IMG/VR virus record: IMGVR_UViG_3300034104_004745
Span: 134,826 to 198,825 of that record
Length of the DNA stretch: 64,000 bases
Origin: a virus
Taxonomy: Duplodnaviria > Heunggongvirae > Uroviricota > Caudoviricetes
Strand: one strand, 5' to 3'
The notes under the pieces: model-generated
Told to the model about the DNA's origin: nothing
Seen by the model: the letters and a program-made list of their open reading frames with translations, nothing else
Databases searched by the model: none
Translations under genes and position numbers: made by a program
In this document: positions 60,129-64,000 of the stretch, one piece after another
Numbering within the stretch: the first letter of the stretch is position 1
Layout of the letters: each line of letters opens with the position of its first letter

Positions 60129-63031
60129 TCTTCTATTGCTGCATGTAAAGCATAGTCGTGACCGTTCTTTTCGATTAGATCATCTTCTTCATGTTTTTCT
60201 TTTACACTTTCAGCTTGGAATGAAACAACTTTTCTGTTGTATTCTACCCATTTCTGATCAACATGTTTTAAACTATCTTCAACATACATAAAGAATGGAT
60301 CTCTATTAATTCTATTCCAGAATAACACCTCACCATCAGATAAAGTCATTACCTCATCTAAACTATCTTGACCTTCTGTTTTTAATGGAAAGCCGGAAAC
60401 CAATTCACATTGTTTTTTTGTGAAATAAACTCTATTAGATGGTTCATCAATTAAAATGTCTTCTCTAATTTCCGGACTAAACACAACTAACAATGGTTCG
60501 ATTCTTTTGTTAAAGTTTGTAATATAACGAGCAATATTATAATCACCTGTCATATCAGGATTATTTAACAAATCACGTTCAGATATCATGTAGCAATTAA
60601 TTTTTATATAATCCTTAGGCATTTCTCTACCCATTTGAATCATATAGTCTTCTTGTTGTTTCTTTGTTGCTTTAGTAATTTTCTGAACATCTCCATCAGC
60701 TTTCCTCGTTCCATTGTTTACATAATAAACGGTTTCACCAAGTGTTGCTGGATAATTGTTTTGTACAATTAATTCCATGTGTGCCTGTCTAGCCATAGAT
60801 GCACCAGACTTTGTTGTTTTATTACAATGTCTTCTATAATCCTCTACCGTTTGTTTTACACGTGATTTGTTTGCAATTTTTGCTAATGGAATTTCTTTAT
60901 TATATAACTTTTCAATTGTTTCATAGTAAAGATTTAAAAATTCAACACCATCACCATTAAGTAGATGTTTTAATCCTTCATCTAAAAATTCAACTACATA
61001 TTGTTGTAATTTTTTAGACTTAATAGTGTTACCTGTTAATTTAATTTTTTCTTTACCTTTTTTAATTAATTTAATTATGTAATTTTTTCTTGACACGTTG
61101 ATACAAGCTGGAGCGTGATAGTCAATATCTAAACCCATTTCATTTCTCATGAATATGTCATTGAATTCAGCAGTATCAGCATCTACACCAGTATATTCTT
61201 TACCTTTTTCAACTAATTCATTATTCCCTAATCCAATATACTTGTGATCAGCAATATCTTCAGGCGTTTCAAAGTTTACACCATCGGTATCCATTACAAG
61301 AGGTTTATAACCTTTTTTCATGTAGAACATAATCATCATGCGAAGACATTGACGACCAACACATGTGATTGTTTCACCCATATTCATATCACCCCATGGA
61401 AAAACTTGAGGCGCTGATAATGAACCAAAATATGCGTTGATAAAAATCTTAATTGGTAATTGTTTTCTATCATACATTTCTGCTTGTACAGGATCTTTAT
61501 CTTTTAAATCAGCAGCTAATCTTTTATATAAAATACGAATATTACGGAAGTATTTTAACATTGTTTTTTGCACACCCATTATATCACAATCAGGAAACAC
61601 ATCATATACCAATTGAATTGATGGATAAAGTGATGCGTAGTCAAACTTTACAATGTTTTTAGAATAACCTACAGTTAATAATCTTGATAAACCTCCGGTA
61701 ATACTTCTTTTTTCGTCTTTAGCTGGAATCGCTAAATCATTTTCATATGACCAAGCTAACATAAGAATTTTCCAAAGAGTTGCAGTACCCATCGTTGCAA
61801 TTCTTTCATATGTTGTTGGGATGACTTTTGAAAGTAAAAATGTAGATTGACTAAATGAATCATCAACAACCATAGTTTCATACAAGTCATCATCTAGATA
61901 TTGTTCAACAATTTTTCTACCTGGCCAAATTTCAAATTTACCTGGATATTTTTCTAATAAATCTTCAGTACCTGGTTCTCCTATTTTTTTATACCCACCA
62001 GTTTTAGGATTAATATAATAGCTTTCATTATCTAAATAGATTTTAGATATAAATGCACCATCAACATATACACGATCTGGTTTTTCTTTTTCCAAATACT
62101 TGGTGATATACTTCAATCCCCATGATTTAATTTCAGAATTGATTGCTTGTGCTCTACGAACAGAATGTGCAATATCAATAATACTGAATCCCCATAAAAC
62201 ATATTGTGTAAATGGCTCTACTTCATTTGCTAATTTTAAAACACCCTCTTTAGTTTTAATACCACCTGTGGTGAATATTTGGGTTAACTTTTTAACATCA
62301 ATACCTAAAATCTCTGCTCTTTTTAAAATAAACGGTAAGTCGAATGCCGCTGAATTATAACCACATATGATTGTTGGTTTTAGGTCTTTAATGATTTTAA
62401 AAAATTCTTCAATACATCTTTTCTCACCATCTTCACCATAAGCGTCTAATAACTTTCTGTAACCACGATTATCTTTTACCCCAATAAGAATTATATTATT
62501 CTTTTCTGGTTCAAGCCCCGTGGTCTCGATGTCGAATACCATCCTGTGAACTTCGTTATAGTCCTCAATACCCTTAAATAATCTTTTTTTCTTCTGTATA
62601 AGATATTGTTCTACAGGTGTTAAGATAATAAATTGTGATTTAAATTTTTCTCCCCAAGGATCAATTCCACCATCTTTAAAAAATCTTATAAGTTCTTGAT
62701 AGCCTTTAAGACTTTTAACCATGTATTTTAATCCAGCGTCAAGTCTCTCATTATCACCCGTTTGTAGCTTGGTACTTAAAATACCATATTCGCCCATCTT
62801 CTTTTTTTGAAGGGCCTTACTACCACCATAAAAATTAAATTCACTTAAATCACCAGCCCATAAAAACGGAATAAAAGTGTCCTCGGTAACATATTTACCT
62901 CTTACTGGGTCCTGAATAATTTTATAGATTTTGTTGTCTTTGTAGTCATATTCCACGCCTACAATGTAGTTCTCCGGATCGGAACCATTCAAGAAGCTTT
63001 CGATAACTTCTTGAGAAATAATCTCTTGCAT
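60125..63031 (-). CDS. Family B DNA polymerase with 3'-5' exonuclease
   Basis: FDIETTG, GYNSAAFDLPF, DYASLYPS, KIFINAYFG, MDTDG. Confidence 0.95.
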   Translation of the reverse strand: MQEIISQEVIESFLNGSDPENYIVGVEYDYKDNKIYKIIQDPVRGKYVTEDTFIPFLWAGDLSEFNFYGGSKALQKKKMGEYGILSTKLQTGDNERLDAGLKYMVKSLKGYQELIRFFKDGGIDPWGEKFKSQFIILTPVEQYLIQKKKRLFKGIEDYNEVHRMVFDIETTGLEPEKNNIILIGVKDNRGYRKLLDAYGEDGEKRCIEEFFKIIKDLKPTIICGYNSAAFDLPFILKRAEILGIDVKKLTQIFTTGGIKTKEGVLKLANEVEPFTQYVLWGFSIIDIAHSVRRAQAINSEIKSWGLKYITKYLEKEKPDRVYVDGAFISKIYLDNESYYINPKTGGYKKIGEPGTEDLLEKYPGKFEIWPGRKIVEQYLDDDLYETMVVDDSFSQSTFLLSKVIPTTYERIATMGTATLWKILMLAWSYENDLAIPAKDEKRSITGGLSRLLTVGYSKNIVKFDYASLYPSIQLVYDVFPDCDIMGVQKTMLKYFRNIRILYKRLAADLKDKDPVQAEMYDRKQLPIKIFINAYFGSLSAPQVFPWGDMNMGETITCVGRQCLRMMIMFYMKKGYKPLVMDTDGVNFETPEDIADHKYIGLGNNELVEKGKEYTGVDADTAEFNDIFMRNEMGLDIDYHAPACINVSRKNYIIKLIKKGKEKIKLTGNTIKSKKLQQYVVEFLDEGLKHLLNGDGVEFLNLYYETIEKLYNKEIPLAKIANKSRVKQTVEDYRRHCNKTTKSGASMARQAHMELIVQNNYPATLGETVYYVNNGTRKADGDVQKITKATKKQQEDYMIQMGREMPKDYIKINCYMISERDLLNNPDMTGDYNIARYITNFNKRIEPLLVVFSPEIREDILIDEPSNRVYFTKKQCELVSGFPLKTEGQDSLDEVMTLSDGEVLFWNRINRDPFFMYVEDSLKHVDQKWVEYNRKVVSFQAESVKEKHEEDDLIEKNGHDYALHAAIED

Positions 63032-63039
63032 AATTTTAA

Positions 63040-63092
63040 ATTAGGGTGACACATTAGCTTACGGTTGATCCGTAATTAGCCTTTTACCCAAT
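63040..63092 (-). promoter_or_regulatory. Structured 5' leader of the polymerase gene
   Basis: Inner hairpin TTACGG-atcaa-CCGTAA flanked by GCTAAT repeats; outer GGGT/ACCC pairing ends about 12 nt before the ATG. Confidence 0.45.
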
Positions 63093-63125
63093 AAAAATAC
63101 GAAAAATTGGTGAGAAAAAAAAATT

Positions 63126-63494
63126 TTAGATAATATTAATAAAAAGCTTTTCCTTAACCGGCATAATAAGCTTGGTTGTTGGGTTGGAATTTGTGTCTAA
63201 AAATTGAACGATAAACTTTCCTTCATATTTACCAGGTTTTACTGTATTAGCCTCTGTAAATCTGTATGTTATATAATATTCGTCAGTTGTTTGGTTGTAT
63301 TTTTTTGTTCTGGTTGTAATCAAAGCAGAACCGTTAAGAATTATTGGTTCTTCTGTTTTGTGATCATACATTTCAAAAGTAATATCAGAATTTTCCAATA
63401 AATCATTAAATGATGATTTATCATTTTTTGCGTCGTCAATTAATCTCATTTTTAATATTGGGTCTGAAGCGCCCTGTCTAATGTAAAATTCCAT
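63126..63494 (-). CDS. BppU N-terminal-like Ig-fold structural protein
   Basis: FYIRQGASDPILKMRL...ITYRF....T..PGKYEGKF.V.F....LIMP. Confidence 0.6.
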   Translation of the reverse strand: MEFYIRQGASDPILKMRLIDDAKNDKSSFNDLLENSDITFEMYDHKTEEPIILNGSALITTRTKKYNQTTDEYYITYRFTEANTVKPGKYEGKFIVQFLDTNSNPTTKLIMPVKEKLFINII

Positions 63495-63506
63495 ATTTTA
63501 TAAATA

Positions 63507-64000
63507 TTATGTTAATCTAATCATTACAAAACTACCGCTTCTATAAAGACCTTGTAATGGGACACCCGCTGCGGAGGCTTCAATATCGTTATTAAAACTT
63601 GACGTCACTTGTGATAATATAGTAAACCCATCGACTTTTAATTCATCTTGAAGTTTGACACTACCACTAAATTCATATGTATATCCACTAGTAAAAGAAC
63701 TTGTATTAAATGTTACTTGGCTACCAGTGTGTATGGTGATTTGGGGATTCTCCCAATTATTCTCAGCAAACAAATGTAATTTAGCTGGATGATTTACACC
63801 ACCAATAGTACCGACATATAAATCTTTTCCAACATTTAAAATATATGCATCATTTTCATAACCAACAAAACCGCCATTATACGTGCTTGAGTTTATACCC
63901 AAGTTTACATAATGTACTGATTCATTTCCGTTATCTGCTGTTACAACTAAATCTGAACTAGCTAAACTTCCTGATTTTTTATTGGTGATATTAACCTGAG
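63507..64000 (-). CDS. Tail fibre-like protein, C-terminal part (frame open to window edge)
   Basis: Frame continues QVNITNKKSGSLASSDLVVTADNG...YVNLGINSS; C-terminal AAGVPLQGLYRSG..MIR. Confidence 0.6.
   Translation of the reverse strand, partial: QVNITNKKSGSLASSDLVVTADNGNESVHYVNLGINSSTYNGGFVGYENDAYILNVGKDLYVGTIGGVNHPAKLHLFAENNWENPQITIHTGSQVTFNTSSFTSGYTYEFSGSVKLQDELKVDGFTILSQVTSSFNNDIEASAAGVPLQGLYRSGSFVMIRLT

Noticed and set aside
58122-62360. Short alternate-frame or antisense ORFs inside the SNF2, neck and polymerase genes, and similar ones elsewhere
   Set aside because: Nested in well-supported genes with no recognisable motifs
27855-63031. Inteins, introns or homing endonucleases in nrdA, helicase, recA and polymerase
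   Set aside because: ORFs are continuous and of ordinary length; no splice-junction or LAGLIDADG/HNH motifs seen
1-64000. Stop-codon reassignment as in some large phages
   Set aside because: Standard code gives dense full-length genes, and TAG ends the tape measure gene at a sensible position

Overview
AT-rich 64-kb segment of a large, distantly T4-like contractile-tailed (myovirus-type) phage. Nearly all genes lie on the minus strand in the standard genetic code. It holds (i) a neck/tail/baseplate module: gp13-, gp14- and gp15-like proteins, sheath, tube, assembly chaperone, tape measure, large baseplate proteins and gp53-, gp25- and gp6-like wedges; (ii) replication and nucleotide genes interleaved with that module: family B polymerase, SNF2 helicase, SSB, RecA/UvsX, 5'-3' exonuclease, DnaB-like helicase, NrdAB, RuvC-like resolvase and primase; (iii) five adjacent Thr/Pro-rich proteins carrying vWA, cadherin-like and SprB-like domains. 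A Bacteroidota host is inferred from SD-less A-rich starts, the NrdAB type and the SprB-like repeats. Top observations: a [S/T]G-x-T motif strongly enriched in virion proteins and nearly absent from enzymes (candidate virion-wide modification signal), and a modular fibre system with a repeated Cys-containing CxFVI strand. Others: a TATTTAT late-promoter-like motif, a candidate +1/-2 frameshift in the tail chaperone, three structured non-coding elements, a parS-like site and an origin-like repeat tract. No tRNA, rRNA, CRISPR array or integrase was seen. All calls are by eye; no database search was run.
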